Source of the DNA: a virus
Lineage: Duplodnaviria > Caudoviricetes
IMG/VR virus record: IMGVR_UViG_3300032318_000846
Coordinates: 1-38,749 of that record
Reading direction: 5' to 3' (one strand)
DNA length: 38,749 bases
Shown here: positions 36,808 through 38,749 of the stretch, one piece after another
Position numbering within the stretch: position 1 is the first letter of the stretch
Layout: each line of letters starts with the position of its first letter
The notes under the pieces: generated by a model
The model's input: the letters and a program-made list of their open reading frames with translations, nothing else
The model's database searches: none
Told to the model about the DNA's origin: nothing
Program-made: the position numbers and the translations under genes

Positions 36808-38541
36808 ATGGCCGAGCCCTTTGACTCTCTGATTGGCGTAGACAACCCCCGGACCAACTACAACCCGACGGGTGGGGTGGTGCAGCTCCCCGGTCAGGGC
36901 GGGGCTCCTGGCGCGTACACGGTGGACCCGGGTGCGGCGATGTCTAGCTACCTTGATGCCTTTAGCCCGGAGTTGCTGGCTCGGCTGTTGGAGATGGAGG
37001 CCAGCTATGCCCCCAAGTTCAGCGAGCTGGATCTGGCGGCCCGTGGACGGAACATCGAGGACTTTATGTCCCGGGTGGGTGGGCTCACCCGTAGTGCGGC
37101 GGACATCGCCAAGGAAGAGGCCCGGATTCAGTCGGCATCCGAGCTTGATCGGCTTACCCAGTTTGGTGGTCCCAGCATTGCGGCCTACATCGCGGCCAAT
37201 CCCTACCTAAAGTCGGCTATGGATCGGTCGGACGCCCTTGGGGGTGTCTCCACCAATCAAGCTTACGACGCCCTGTCCCGTCAGCTTCTGGGCGGGGCTC
37301 CGAGTGCCATCAATCTGACTCCCGAGCGGATTATGGCCGGCCAGCTTGGAGTGGGTGGTACGCTCACTCCCCAACAGGTGCAGGCGGAGCGCATTGCGGC
37401 GGAACGCATTGCTGCCGGTCAGGTGCAAGCTGGTGAGGTGGGTGCGGGGGCTCTGGGTCAGTCGCTCTATCAGCAGGCTCTAGCCAATCAGCAGCTTTCT
37501 CCGCTGTCCCAAGCCCTCCAGGCGCAGGGTCTGGGGATGGCGATGATGCCGGGTCAGCTCAACCCCGAGGAGCTGCGTGCGGCCACCCAAGGTGCCCGTG
37601 AGCGGTTTGCTTCCAGCGGACGGCTGGAGGACATTGCCGGCGTGACGGGTGAAGCCCTTGCCCGTGCGGGGGCTTCGCGTGAGCGGCAAATGCAGGACTT
37701 GGCTGCGGCTCAGCAGATTAACGCCCAGCTTCTGGGTGCCCAGCAGGCTGGTCAGGGTCTGGCTACGGACGTTCTGCGGGCAGACATTGCCCGTCAGCAG
37801 GCCAATGTGGCTACGGGGCTACAAGCTGGAACGTTCAACGTGGAGTCGGCTCTACGTGCCGCGCAGGCCAACCAGCAGACTGGGTTGCAGGCTTCGCAGG
37901 CCAATCAGGATGCAATGTTGCGTGCTGCGCTGGCTAACCAGCAGGCTTCGTTGCAGGCCGATCAGTTCAACATCAGCAACTTGCAGGATGTCAACCGCTT
38001 CAACATCCAGACCGGGTTGGATACGAGTCGGTTTAATGCGGATGCGGCCAATCGCTTCGCGGAGGCCAATCGCGGCTTCAACTACACCGCCCAGCAGGAC
38101 TATCTCCGCAATCTGGGCCTGCTTGGCCAGACTACGGCGGCGCAACGTGAGGCTGATCGTGCGTACAACCTCAATCAGGTTAATACCTACGGTGGGGTGA
38201 GCCGAGCCGGGCTTGACTCGGTTGGGTTCAACCAACCCCCTCCGGGTGTGAATGCGGCGATGAACTACTTCACGCTGGGGTCCAATGTGACGCCCACGCG
38301 GACGTTCGACCCGAATGCTGGCATCAATCTGGCCTCCACCAACGCGGCCAACCTGAGCAACTACGGGGCCAACATCTATTCTGCCAATCAGACACGGGCG
38401 GCGGCTGAGGCTGCTGCGGCGGCCACGAAGTCTGCGGGCAAGAGTTCGATGTTTGGCAACATACTTGGTGGCGCTCTCGGTGGTATCTTTGGTGGCCCTG
38501 CCGGGGCTGCCCTTGGCGGTCTGTTCGGAGGAAAGAAATAA
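36808..38541 (+). CDS. Putative internal virion / ejection (pilot) protein
   Basis: Gln/Ala/Asn-rich QANQ repeats and a GGALGG hydrophobic C-terminus. Confidence 0.65.
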   Translation: MAEPFDSLIGVDNPRTNYNPTGGVVQLPGQGGAPGAYTVDPGAAMSSYLDAFSPELLARLLEMEASYAPKFSELDLAARGRNIEDFMSRVGGLTRSAADIAKEEARIQSASELDRLTQFGGPSIAAYIAANPYLKSAMDRSDALGGVSTNQAYDALSRQLLGGAPSAINLTPERIMAGQLGVGGTLTPQQVQAERIAAERIAAGQVQAGEVGAGALGQSLYQQALANQQLSPLSQALQAQGLGMAMMPGQLNPEELRAATQGARERFASSGRLEDIAGVTGEALARAGASRERQMQDLAAAQQINAQLLGAQQAGQGLATDVLRADIARQQANVATGLQAGTFNVESALRAAQANQQTGLQASQANQDAMLRAALANQQASLQADQFNISNLQDVNRFNIQTGLDTSRFNADAANRFAEANRGFNYTAQQDYLRNLGLLGQTTAAQREADRAYNLNQVNTYGGVSRAGLDSVGFNQPPPGVNAAMNYFTLGSNVTPTRTFDPNAGINLASTNAANLSNYGANIYSANQTRAAAEAAAAATKSAGKSSMFGNILGGALGGIFGGPAGAALGGLFGGKK

Positions 38542-38544
38542 CCT

Positions 38545-38749
38545 ATGTTCACCTACGGCAGTCAGGTAAACCCGTCCCTGTTGCGGCAGGACTTTTCGCC
38601 CATCTTGCAGGCCGCGCAGGCGCAGGCTCAGGCCACCCAGCAGGCTGCCCAAATTAGGGCTCAGTCGTTGGCGAACATTGGGTCCACCATTGGCGGCGCA
38701 ATCCAGACCTACGTCCAAAAGAAGGAGGAGAAGGAGAAGCGTAAGGGCA
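38545..38749 (+). CDS. 5' part of the CDS continuing at 42..1427
   Basis: ATG 38545 reads MFTYGSQVNPSLLRQDFSPILQAAQAQAQATQQAAQIRAQSLANIG..., in frame with the ORF at 42..1427. Confidence 0.85.
   Translation, partial: MFTYGSQVNPSLLRQDFSPILQAAQAQAQATQQAAQIRAQSLANIGSTIGGAIQTYVQKKEEKEKRKG
38627..38749. repeat. Terminal direct repeat, copy 2
   Basis: Identical to 1-123. Confidence 0.95.

Noticed and set aside
37852-38718. Long antisense ORF of 288 aa, and likewise 1354..1995, 23611..24177 and 34846..35379
   Set aside because: Shadow ORFs opposite well-supported GC-rich genes.

Overview
A complete, circularly assembled tailed-phage genome of about 38.6 kb; bases 1-123 are repeated exactly at 38627-38749. 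It is podovirus-like and has two arms. The + arm runs from 15752 through the window end to 2952 and carries the terminases, portal, scaffold, major capsid protein, a glycosyltransferase, tail and fibre proteins, holin- and spanin-like genes and internal virion proteins. The - arm runs from 15016 down to 2921 and carries small early genes, a lysozyme-like gene, ThyX, DnaB helicase, ERF, an exonuclease, HNH proteins and a metallophosphoesterase. I could not recognise an integrase, repressor, DNA polymerase, primase or replication initiator. The most striking feature is an ORF-free block of about 650 bp (12267-12916) at the head of the replication operon. It contains a candidate promoter, a kissing-loop/terminator-like leader, nested long-range helices and 41-bp-period repeats, and is a candidate large structured RNA and replication origin. 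All product calls come from reading motifs and gene order by eye; no database search was run.
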